Source of the DNA: Thalassolituus maritimus
GTDB taxonomy: Bacteria; Pseudomonadota; Gammaproteobacteria; Pseudomonadales; Oceanobacteraceae
Length of the DNA: 64,000 bases
Reading direction: 5' to 3' (one strand)
Assembly (NCBI RefSeq): GCF_913019975.1
Contig: NZ_CAJWBH010000015.1
In this document: positions 55,741-64,000 of the stretch, in pieces
How the letters are laid out: each line of letters opens with the position of its first letter
Position numbering within the stretch: the stretch's first letter is position 1
Made by a program: the position numbers and the translations under genes
The notes under the pieces: generated by a model
The model's database searches: none
Told to the model about the DNA's origin: nothing
The model's input: only the letters and a program-made list of their open reading frames with translations

Positions 55741-56546
55741 GGTTAATATTTCTCTTCCTGCTGTCGTCAGTCGCCATGGCTGACGGCAGTTATTACACTT
55801 GGGTTGATGCGCAGGGGCGAATTCATAATGTCCCGCTGAAGCCCGGTGAGGAAGAGCCAGTGGAGCAACCTCCTGGTGACGATAATGACTACCAGACAGA
55901 GGAGGAGGTTCAGGAAAAGCTTCGCCAGTACGATGAGGATAATCCTGCCTTTTACGTGATCGTAGAGCCAGATGGGCGTGTTCGTACGGAAACATACGAC
56001 GCTGAAGCTGAACAAGAAGCCGCTGCTGAGACCATTGTGGGCGATGACGAGGTCATTATTGGGTGGGATCCTATTCTTGCTCCACCATTCAGGGTCGAAC
56101 AGCAAATGACGCAGGGAGCGTGCTGCGAAGCGTTTACTGACCAGTTTGTTGAAGCCCCTAAGCAATTTAAGTCGGTGCAGCTGTTTGACCCTGTCAGATA
56201 TCGCTCGTTCCCAACTTCGCAGGGAAATCACACAGCCTGGTACTTTCACATTGGAAAGCCTCCCAAGGCAACTTCGGGTCGTCGATTTCTTGTGCTCAGG
56301 CTGCGTGGCGCTCCGGTCGAGGCTAGCCTGATCTCGCTAAACTCAGACCTCAAGCCTCTGTACTACTCGCGACGTTTGCCGCTCGATAGTATTCCCGAAA
56401 GCTGGCATAGCGTTGGATATCAGGAGGCCAGGGTGCTTGTCGAAGACAAGGGTGTTGAGAGTTTCATTCTTTATCTTGATATGAAACCCGCGGAAGATAT
56501 GTCGCTGGAGATTCGTTGGGCTGATGGCTACGCACCGTTTCAGTAA
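55737..56546 (+). CDS. FilE-like periplasmic protein (probable CTG start)
   Basis: Signal peptide RLIFLFLLSSVAMA then DGSYYTWVDAQGR; AGGA SD 7 nt before a CTG overlapping the upstream TGA. Confidence 0.6.
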   Translation: MRLIFLFLLSSVAMADGSYYTWVDAQGRIHNVPLKPGEEEPVEQPPGDDNDYQTEEEVQEKLRQYDEDNPAFYVIVEPDGRVRTETYDAEAEQEAAAETIVGDDEVIIGWDPILAPPFRVEQQMTQGACCEAFTDQFVEAPKQFKSVQLFDPVRYRSFPTSQGNHTAWYFHIGKPPKATSGRRFLVLRLRGAPVEASLISLNSDLKPLYYSRRLPLDSIPESWHSVGYQEARVLVEDKGVESFILYLDMKPAEDMSLEIRWADGYAPFQ

Positions 56547-57369
56547 AACCCTCAATCACGGTGATATTGCATCTACGCTCGTCAACTTCGAAGAAAGCAT
56601 GAGTACAGCTGTGGGTGATTCGCGTCGTCTGGTCTTGCTGCATGGTGCTGGCCTGGCCGGAGATCTGACGTGGCGTCTGGTTGTTAATTACCTGACAGAA
56701 TGGGATGAAGTGCTGATTCCCGATCTTCCGGGAATGGGGGATTCTGTTTGGGTTAATGCAGAGTCTGCGGGCTTTGATGAATACCTGGCTGCTATCGCTG
56801 AATTCCTTAGGTATCAGGGTTGGGGTCAGTTTGACCTTGTCGGGTATTCCTTTGGAGGGCTGCTGGCAATGCATCTTGCGGAGCTGAGTGATGCGCCGTT
56901 TAAGGTGCAGCGATTAGGTTTGATTGAGCCTGCGGCCTTGTTGGCGAGTAATCCAGAGCTTTTGATACATCGAGCTGAAGAATATGGCGACCAGGCTGAA
57001 TTGCTGATGTCAGGTAAGGCGGATGCTGTGCTTGGTTTTCTGGATGCTGTATCCCCGTTTCGTGATAAAGCTGGCGATGACCTGGTTGTGCGACGTTTGT
57101 CAGAAAACCTGGCTGGGCTCGGCTATGGTGTCAGGGCGGTTAGTCAGGCGTTGACTCGGTATTCAGATCATTATGCTAACTGGATTTCACCAGTCCCAGG
57201 TATGAGCCTCATCGGAGGCCTGTCTCCTGAATCAATGCGTATGCGTCATAAAAGACTGGCGGCTGAATCTCCGACGTGGGTGTTGCACGAAGTTCCGCGT
57301 GCAGATCATGGCGTTGTTTATTCGAGGCCGAAGCAGGTGGCTTCGGCGATTAATGCACTACGTGCTTGA
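56524..57369 (+). CDS. alpha/beta fold hydrolase
   Basis: LLHGAG, DLPGMG, GYSFGG, ADHG; alternative start 56599. Confidence 0.8.
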   Translation: MATHRFSKTLNHGDIASTLVNFEESMSTAVGDSRRLVLLHGAGLAGDLTWRLVVNYLTEWDEVLIPDLPGMGDSVWVNAESAGFDEYLAAIAEFLRYQGWGQFDLVGYSFGGLLAMHLAELSDAPFKVQRLGLIEPAALLASNPELLIHRAEEYGDQAELLMSGKADAVLGFLDAVSPFRDKAGDDLVVRRLSENLAGLGYGVRAVSQALTRYSDHYANWISPVPGMSLIGGLSPESMRMRHKRLAAESPTWVLHEVPRADHGVVYSRPKQVASAINALRA

Positions 57370-57372
57370 ATA

Positions 57373-58191
57373 TCAGTCGAGAGAGCGCTTCAGCCCTGTG
57401 GAATCAAGGATTCTAGTAGAAATTTCCTCGATCGATTTGTCGGTTGTGCTGATGTAAGGGATGTTCTCCCGCTCGTACAGAAACTCCACTTCGTCTACTT
57501 CGTGGTAGCATTGCTTAAGTGACGCGTATCTGCTGTTAGCTTTTCGTTCTGTGCGGATCGCTGAGAGGCGCTCCGGGTCAATCGTTAACCCGAATATCTT
57601 ATGTTTGTGTTTCTGCAGGCTGTCAGGCAAGCGCAGATCAAGCATATCTTCTTCTGTCAGCGGGTAGTTCGCCGCCTTAATGCCGAATTGCATAGCAAGA
57701 TAGAGGCAGGTCGGAGTTTTGCCGGACCGGGAAACGCCAACGAGTATGACGTCAGCATCTTCGTAGTGGCGGGTGCGTGCGCCATCATCATTGTCGAGGG
57801 CAAAATTGACTGCGTCTATGCGGTTCAGGTAGCGCGTACTATCCGCAGGGGAGTGTGACTTGCCGACCGAGTACGAGCTTTCAGTCGCTAATTCCTGCTC
57901 CAGTGGATGCAGAAATGCTTCAAAAATGTCGACTTTAAATGCATCCGCGGTGTCGATGATAGAACGGATGTTCTTGTCGACAATCGTATCGAAGAGAATG
58001 GCGGGTGCGCCGGAGTCCTTTGCGGCCTGATTGATTTTGGCCACTGCGTTGTTAGCCTTCTCAGTCGAATCAATGTATGGCAGTGTTACACGGGTAAACT
58101 GAAGCTTGTCGAATTGGGCTAGCAAGGCATTGCCTAATGTTTCGGCCGTGATTCCTGTACCGTCGGAAATAAAATAGGCAAAGCGCTTCAT
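57373..58191 (-). CDS. ppsR: PEP synthase regulatory protein (kinase/pyrophosphorylase)
   Basis: [22 protein letters not shown]; divergent from ppsA. Confidence 0.93.
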   Translation of the reverse strand: MKRFAYFISDGTGITAETLGNALLAQFDKLQFTRVTLPYIDSTEKANNAVAKINQAAKDSGAPAILFDTIVDKNIRSIIDTADAFKVDIFEAFLHPLEQELATESSYSVGKSHSPADSTRYLNRIDAVNFALDNDDGARTRHYEDADVILVGVSRSGKTPTCLYLAMQFGIKAANYPLTEEDMLDLRLPDSLQKHKHKIFGLTIDPERLSAIRTERKANSRYASLKQCYHEVDEVEFLYERENIPYISTTDKSIEEISTRILDSTGLKRSLD

Positions 58192-58320
58192 ATGGTAATT
58201 TTTCCTGCGTCCACTTAGTATTACGTGCCTGACGGAGTTCCGCAGACGCAGGCAACTATAGGTGATTCATGCGAATCACCCAAGCGTAAAATTGAATCAT
58301 CAGCACGAAGGAGAGTTTCC

Positions 58321-60690
58321 TTGACCGATTATGTTCTCAGGTTTAATCAGGTAACCATCAATGACGTTGAGCGCGTTGGCGGTAAGAATGCATCACTTGG
58401 CGAAATGATCGGAAACCTCTCGGCCGCTGGCGTTTCAGTGCCAGACGGTTTCGCAACAACGGCAGATGCCTATCGGGAGTTTCTCGCCTATGAGGGCCTG
58501 GGCGGACGAATTAATGATGCGCTTCAGGGGCTGGATGTTGATGATATTCAGGCATTGACATCGACGGGTAAGCAAATCAGGGAGTGGATTCACGAGGCAC
58601 CTTTGCCGCCAAAGCTTGAAGAGAGAGTGCGTGAAGAGTTCTCATGGCTGGAAGATGGCAATGACAACATGGCCGTTGCTGTGCGCTCATCAGCCACTGC
58701 AGAAGACCTGCCTGATGCTTCTTTCGCTGGTCAGCAAGAAACCCATCTGAATATTGTCGGTATCGACAATGTGCTTTTCGCGATCCGTGATGTCTTCGCT
58801 TCTCTGTTTAACGACCGTGCGATCGCTTACCGTGAGCATCAAGGCTTTGATCATCACAAGGTCGCCCTGTCTGCGGGTATTCAACGTATGGTTCGTAGTG
58901 AGACTGCATCCAGCGGTGTCATGTTTACCCTGGATACAGAATCTGGATTCGACGATGTCGTATTTATAACCTCCTCATATGGCCTGGGCGAAACCGTTGT
59001 GCAGGGTGCGGTAAACCCTGACGAGTTCTACGTTCACAAGCGTAACCTGACTGAGGGTCGACCATCGATTCTGCGTCGCAATCTTGGTGCTAAAGCCATC
59101 AAGATGATTTACAACAAGGAGGCTTCGGTTGGTAAATCGGTTGAGACTCAACGCGTTGATCGTGACCTGCGCAGAATATTTTCTATTACTGATGACGAAG
59201 TGCAGTCGCTCGCTCGTCAGGCAATGATCATTGAGAAACACTACGGCCGCCCAATGGATATTGAGTGGGCGAAAGATGGTGATGATGGCAAGCTTTATAT
59301 CGTCCAGGCCCGTCCGGAAACCGTAAAAAGTCGCGCCAGTAAAAACGTTATGGAGCGCTACCTGCTGAAAGAAACCGGCAATATCCTTGCTGAAGGCCGG
59401 AGCATTGGCCACCGGATTGGTAAGGGTAAAGTACGCGTTATTGAACATATCGAAGATATGGACAAGGTGCAGGAAGGCGAAGTACTCGTAGCTGATATGA
59501 CGGACCCTGACTGGGAACCGGTCATGAAGCGCTCGGCTGCAATTGTTACCAATCGTGGTGGTCGGACCTGTCACGCAGCAATCATTGCGCGTGAGCTTGG
59601 CATTCCTGCTGTTGTAGGTTGTGATGATGCAACGGATCGACTCTTTGATGGTCAGGAAGTCACCGTGTCTTGTGCGGAAGGTGATACCGGCTACGTATAC
59701 GAGGGTGCGCTTGATTTTGATGTTCGCACCAATAGCGTGGACTCAATGCCTGATCTCGATCTTAAAATCATGATGAATGTCGGCAATCCGGATCGTGCCT
59801 TTGATTTCCAGTCGTTACCGAACGCCGGAGTTGGCCTTGCGCGTCTGGAGTTTATTATTAATCGCATGATCGGTGTTCACCCGAAAGCGCTTCTGAATTT
59901 TGATCAGCTGCCTGAGGATGTGAAACCTACCGTCGAGCGTCGTATCTCTGGGTACAGCGAGCCTGTTGATTTCTACGTAGATAAGCTGGTTGAAGGTATA
60001 TCAACTCTGGCTGCTGCGTTCTGGCCGAAGCGCGTTATCGTTCGTCTTTCTGACTTTAAATCAAACGAATACGCCAACCTGATTGGTGGGCGCTTATTTG
60101 AGCCGGAAGAAGAAAATCCAATGCTGGGTTTCCGTGGCGCGTCGCGCTATATCTCCAAGAATTTCCGTGATTGTTTCGAACTCGAATGTCGGGCGATGAA
60201 AAAAGTCCGCAATGAAATGGGCTTCACCAATGTTGAAATTATGGTGCCATTTGTTCGCACCGTCGGTGAAGCAGAGCAGGTGGTTGAGCTGCTTGCGGAA
60301 AACGGCCTTAAGCGTGGTGAGAATGACCTGCGCCTGATCATGATGTGTGAGCTCCCTGCAAACGCGATTCTTGCAGAGCAGTTCCTTGAGCATTTTGACG
60401 GTTTCTCTGTTGGCTCGAATGACCTCACGCAACTGACGCTGGGTCTGGATCGGGATTCCGGCATTATTGCTCACCTCTTTGATGAGCGTAATGCGGCAAT
60501 TCTGGCTCTGCTTGAGAACGCCATTGATGCGTGTAAGAAAGCAGGCAAGTACATCGGCATCTGCGGTCAGGGGCCGTCGGATCATCCGGACTTCGCACGC
60601 TGGTTAATGGATAAAGGTATCGACAGTATTTCTCTGAACCCAGATTCCGTGTTGGATACCTGGTTCTTTCTTGCCAATAAGCAGGACTGA
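58321..60690 (+). CDS. ppsA: phosphoenolpyruvate synthase
   Basis: AGGAG SD plus TTG start; [38 protein letters not shown]. Confidence 0.97.
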   Translation: MTDYVLRFNQVTINDVERVGGKNASLGEMIGNLSAAGVSVPDGFATTADAYREFLAYEGLGGRINDALQGLDVDDIQALTSTGKQIREWIHEAPLPPKLEERVREEFSWLEDGNDNMAVAVRSSATAEDLPDASFAGQQETHLNIVGIDNVLFAIRDVFASLFNDRAIAYREHQGFDHHKVALSAGIQRMVRSETASSGVMFTLDTESGFDDVVFITSSYGLGETVVQGAVNPDEFYVHKRNLTEGRPSILRRNLGAKAIKMIYNKEASVGKSVETQRVDRDLRRIFSITDDEVQSLARQAMIIEKHYGRPMDIEWAKDGDDGKLYIVQARPETVKSRASKNVMERYLLKETGNILAEGRSIGHRIGKGKVRVIEHIEDMDKVQEGEVLVADMTDPDWEPVMKRSAAIVTNRGGRTCHAAIIARELGIPAVVGCDDATDRLFDGQEVTVSCAEGDTGYVYEGALDFDVRTNSVDSMPDLDLKIMMNVGNPDRAFDFQSLPNAGVGLARLEFIINRMIGVHPKALLNFDQLPEDVKPTVERRISGYSEPVDFYVDKLVEGISTLAAAFWPKRVIVRLSDFKSNEYANLIGGRLFEPEEENPMLGFRGASRYISKNFRDCFELECRAMKKVRNEMGFTNVEIMVPFVRTVGEAEQVVELLAENGLKRGENDLRLIMMCELPANAILAEQFLEHFDGFSVGSNDLTQLTLGLDRDSGIIAHLFDERNAAILALLENAIDACKKAGKYIGICGQGPSDHPDFARWLMDKGIDSISLNPDSVLDTWFFLANKQD

Positions 60691-60717
60691 ACAACCCAAG
60701 TAAAGGACGAACGAATT

Positions 60718-61671
60718 ATGAAGAGCAGCAGTTCGCTGTTCCCCGTGACCTTATCGCGGGCAGATATCCTTGGTGATCTCTCTGAGGATATCTATCTGGT
60801 GAAACACAATCGCGATCCTGACCCGAGTGTACAGATAGCGCTGTCGCGGATTGGTCTGGCTGGTAACGAGCAAGGTGAGGACAGAGGGTTTCCGGTTGTT
60901 CTCGTTCACGGTAGTTTCACCAATAAAGGCTTCTGGTTGTCGGCGAAAGGGCGCGGCATGGCCAGTTTTCTGGTCGAAAAGGGCTTTGATGTCTGGTTAT
61001 ACGAGCACCGTGGGCATGGCCAGTCTCCCCGTAATGATGACTATCAAAAAAATACTGTTGAGCGGTACGCGCGTTTCGATGTCCCGGCGGTTCATGAGTT
61101 TATTCACGAGCAGAGTGGACGTTATCCGGCCTGGCTCGGGCATTCACTTGGTGGGACTATCATCGCGACTGCGGTTTCCGGTGGCTTTCTGACTTCGTTG
61201 CCAGCATTTGCCATGTTTGGTACGCAAGTGGTGCGCCCGAATATGGCGTTGCAGGTTCCGCTCGCGGGTCCAATTGCTCGTGCGCTTGTTTCTTTCAGGA
61301 AAGAGCTGGACGGTCGCCAGATGAAAATTGGGCCTGAAAACGAACCTGCAGGTGTCATTAATGAGTACCTTGCGCGCCATAGCCTGCTGGGGCGTTGGAA
61401 GTTGCCATCGACTGGCGAGCCTCTGTTGCCGAAGTGGAAAGAAGCGACAATTCCGCTTCTGGGGGTTTCTGCAGCGGGTGATACCACGGATCCAGCGAAG
61501 TATTGTCAGCGTTTTTATCGAATGTACGGCGGCCCTAAAGAGGAACTTATCCTTGGCGTTGGAAGCGGCTTTAGCAAGGATTTTGCTCACATTGATATGA
61601 TCATTGGCGAAGATGCCGAACGCGAAGTCTGGCCGAAGGTCAGTAATTGGCTTGGCGCTTATGCAAGCTGA
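60718..61671 (+). CDS. alpha/beta fold hydrolase (lipase/esterase-like)
   Basis: LVHGSF, EHRGHG, GHSLGG, FAHIDM. Confidence 0.82.
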   Translation: MKSSSSLFPVTLSRADILGDLSEDIYLVKHNRDPDPSVQIALSRIGLAGNEQGEDRGFPVVLVHGSFTNKGFWLSAKGRGMASFLVEKGFDVWLYEHRGHGQSPRNDDYQKNTVERYARFDVPAVHEFIHEQSGRYPAWLGHSLGGTIIATAVSGGFLTSLPAFAMFGTQVVRPNMALQVPLAGPIARALVSFRKELDGRQMKIGPENEPAGVINEYLARHSLLGRWKLPSTGEPLLPKWKEATIPLLGVSAAGDTTDPAKYCQRFYRMYGGPKEELILGVGSGFSKDFAHIDMIIGEDAEREVWPKVSNWLGAYAS

Positions 61672-62329
61672 GGAGCCTTACAGTAAAGTTGCGGTTATTG
61701 TCGGTGTTACCGGACTGATTGGTTCCCATCTGTTGGAGTGCCTGCTGCAGGAGAACCGCTATCGTAAAATCGTTGCCATTGCGCGTAGTTCTGCGCCGGA
61801 TTCTGTTAAGAAATACATCGATAGCGGTCAGCTGATCTGGCAGTCGTTCTCTGAGCCTATGCCTGATCATGTTGATCATTTCTTCTGTGCACTTGGTACG
61901 ACGCAAAAAGTGGCTGGCAAGGCAGGCCTTGCGGCGGTCGATCGGGATCTGGTTGTTGAGACCGCATCTGCCGCGATCGCAAAAGGTGCCAGTCTCTGTT
62001 CAATTGTCAGTGCGACTGGAGCGGATGCCAGTTCGATATTTTTTTATAACAGGATCAAGGGTGAAATGGAGGCGGGGCTCAGCGAGTTAGGCGCCCGCTG
62101 TGTGCAATTCTGGCAACCGTCCGTATTGCTGGGCGAGCGCAGTGAGGAGCGGTTTGCAGAAAAGATCGCGGGTTGTATCCTGCGGTCGCCTTTACCTAGA
62201 AATATCCAGTGTCGGGATGGAGCTGCTGTTGCTTCTGCGATCGCAGTAGCCGCTGGTCGGGATCTGACCGGAATACACCGATTTAAAGTACGTGAAATAG
62301 ACATGTTTAACTCAGGAGAGACGCTATGA
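61661..62329 (+). CDS. NAD(P)-binding Rossmann protein (YraR/TIP30-like)
   Basis: GVTGLIG, FCALGTT, VDRDLV, VSATGA, Y.R.KGEME, PSVLLG. Confidence 0.85.
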   Translation: MQAEEPYSKVAVIVGVTGLIGSHLLECLLQENRYRKIVAIARSSAPDSVKKYIDSGQLIWQSFSEPMPDHVDHFFCALGTTQKVAGKAGLAAVDRDLVVETASAAIAKGASLCSIVSATGADASSIFFYNRIKGEMEAGLSELGARCVQFWQPSVLLGERSEERFAEKIAGCILRSPLPRNIQCRDGAAVASAIAVAAGRDLTGIHRFKVREIDMFNSGETL

Positions 62330-62820
62330 CTCAATATGTAACCCCGGATCTTTGTGATGAATACCCGGATCTCATCACTGTTGTTGAGCCAATGTTCAAT
62401 AACTACGGTGCCCGTGAATCATTCGGTGGCGAAATCGTAACTGTTAAGTGCCACGAAGATAACTCAAAAGTAAAAGAGTTGGTCGACACCGACGGCAAAG
62501 GTAAAGTCATGGTTGTTGATGGTGGCGGCTCCATGCGTCACGCGCTGCTGGGCGATATGCTGGCTGAAAAAGCAGCTAAAAACGGTTGGGAAGGTATCAT
62601 TATCTACGGTTGTATCCGTGATGTTGATGTCATTATGGAAACTGAGCTGGGCGTTCAGGCGCTGGCAACGAATCCTCTGAAGACCGATAAGCGTGATCTG
62701 GGCGACGTAAACGTTAAGGTTAAGTTCGGTGGTGTTGATTTCGTGCCGGGCCAGTTCGTTTATGCAGATAACAACGGCATTATCGTTTCTCCGCAGAAGC
62801 TGGAGATGCCAGAGGCCTGA
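62326..62820 (+). CDS. rraA: RraA-family protein
   Basis: TPDLCD, KCHEDN, VVDGGGS, LLGD, GCIRD, YAD.NG. Confidence 0.9.
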   Translation: MTQYVTPDLCDEYPDLITVVEPMFNNYGARESFGGEIVTVKCHEDNSKVKELVDTDGKGKVMVVDGGGSMRHALLGDMLAEKAAKNGWEGIIIYGCIRDVDVIMETELGVQALATNPLKTDKRDLGDVNVKVKFGGVDFVPGQFVYADNNGIIVSPQKLEMPEA

Positions 62821-62841
62821 TTAACAGTGCACTCTGTAAAG

Positions 62842-62865
62842 AGCCCGGCATGGCCGGGCTTTTTT
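62842..62865 (+). terminator. intrinsic terminator after rraA
   Basis: agcccggc-atg-gccgggct plus T tract. Confidence 0.85.
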
Positions 62866-62893
62866 GTGCTCCGTTTTCGATGGGATGGGCTGG

Positions 62894-62981
62894 GTTGTAT
62901 ACAATCTTGGTCGTAGATCTATTGAAACTGGCATTTTTAGGCGTAGAATGTCGGTCGACTTATTTAGGATTGTCGACAATC
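62894..62981 (+). promoter_or_regulatory. prp promoter with two PrpR(GntR)-type palindromes
   Basis: gTTGTATACAAt (62894-62905); TTGAAA-N16-TAGAAT (62922-62949); GATTGTCGACAATC (62968-62981). Confidence 0.7.
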
Positions 62982-62982
62982 T

Positions 62983-63648
62983 ATGTCTGAAGCCCAAACG
63001 CTTGCTGAAAAAGTGTTCTCTGAACTCGCCACGGCTATCGTTCGTGGAGAGCTGGCTCCCGGTGAAAAACTTTCGGAGCAGGCATTGGTTACCCGATATG
63101 GCGGCAGTCGCGCGCCGATAAGAGAAGCGATTCAGAAGCTTGAGGCACGCAATCTCGTGGTTCGTGTTCCGCATGCTGGCGCTCGTGTGGTGTCTTTGTC
63201 GCTCGAGGAACTGCGTGATATCTATGAAGTTCGCCTGGAGCTTGAGAGTATGGCGTGCCGCCTGGCCGCAGAGCGTATGTCTGACGCTGATATTTCAGCA
63301 CTTGAAAAGCTTCTCGAAGAACATGCACGTTCCATTGAGGCAGATCAGGGACTCAGTTACTACCAGAAGTCGGGCAATCTGGATTTTCACTACCGCATTA
63401 TCGAAGGCAGCAAGAATAGCCGTTTGCATCAAATGCTCTGTGGTGACCTCTATCACATAATCCGTATGTATCGTTATCGCACCAGTACCAGCTCAGAGCG
63501 CCCGCTGCAGGCATTGAAAGAGCACCAGGGCATTGTGGAGGCGATAAAAAGTCGTGATCCGCAACTCGCCGAACTACTGATGAGGCGCCATATCCAGGTG
63601 TCTTTGACTAACCTTGAAACTCGTCTGGCTCACGAGGCCCGACATTAA
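62983..63648 (+). CDS. prpR: GntR/FadR-family regulator of methylcitrate genes
   Basis: GEKLSE, SRAPIREA, FCD domain (DFHY, EH..I); precedes prpB. Confidence 0.8.
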   Translation: MSEAQTLAEKVFSELATAIVRGELAPGEKLSEQALVTRYGGSRAPIREAIQKLEARNLVVRVPHAGARVVSLSLEELRDIYEVRLELESMACRLAAERMSDADISALEKLLEEHARSIEADQGLSYYQKSGNLDFHYRIIEGSKNSRLHQMLCGDLYHIIRMYRYRTSTSSERPLQALKEHQGIVEAIKSRDPQLAELLMRRHIQVSLTNLETRLAHEARH

Positions 63649-63672
63649 CTTATACGGCACAGGAGACCTGAT

Positions 63673-64000
63673 ATGACCCCAGGCCAGAAATTCCGTAAGG
63701 CGCTTGAAGATAACAAGCCGCTGCAAATTGTAGGTACCATCAATGCGTATGCCGCGATGATGGCTGAAAAAATTGGCCATCAGGCGATCTATCTCTCCGG
63801 TGGTGGTGTTGCAAACGCTTCCTACGGCCTGCCAGACCTCGGTATGACGTCGCTGAACGACGTGGTTGAAGATGTTCGTCGTATTACTTCTGCAAGCTCG
63901 TTGCCGCTGTTGGTTGATATTGATACGGGTTGGGGGGGCGCATTCAACATCGCTCGCACCATTAAAGAGATGGAAAAGGCCGGTGCTGCTGCAGTGCATA
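63673..64000 (+). CDS. prpB: 2-methylisocitrate lyase (5' part; truncated by window end)
   Basis: Hand translation [46 protein letters not shown]; AGGAG SD. Confidence 0.93.
   Translation, partial: MTPGQKFRKALEDNKPLQIVGTINAYAAMMAEKIGHQAIYLSGGGVANASYGLPDLGMTSLNDVVEDVRRITSASSLPLLVDIDTGWGGAFNIARTIKEMEKAGAAAVH

Overview
About 64 kb of mostly core chromosome from a marine Gammaproteobacterium. Gene content and order suggest Oceanospirillales/Pseudomonadales; this is inference, not a database result. Recognisable core loci: ATM1-type ABC-xni-thioesterase-miaE; Lon-like protease; ybfE-ffs(SRP RNA)-dnaX-ybaB-recR-rnd-ycgL-ycgN; fadD-hrpA; mlaA; DAHP synthase-tauE-cysB-cysH-thrH-pabB; ppsR-ppsA; rraA; prpR-prpB (cut by the window end). 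Five things stand out. (1) A P22-type Cro helix-turn-helix is fused in frame to the DAHP synthase. Just upstream are P22-operator-like TTAAG-N4-CTTAA sites and an unannotated 59-aa Xis-like HTH gene, with no other phage genes nearby. (2) A 12-gene TPR/ExbB/ExbD/ExbD/AgmX-PglI cluster resembles the Myxococcus Agl/Glt core machinery. One ExbD has Asn in place of the proton-accepting Asp, and the cluster is preceded by vWA and MoxR genes. (3) An HvfABC-like MNIO RiPP locus has a 10-Cys precursor. (4) A FilABCDE-like fibre secretion locus has a probable CTG start and a double-glycine-like pro-leader. (5) dnaX carries an A10G slippery site, and recR is degenerate. No rRNA, tRNA, CRISPR array, transposase or integrase was seen.
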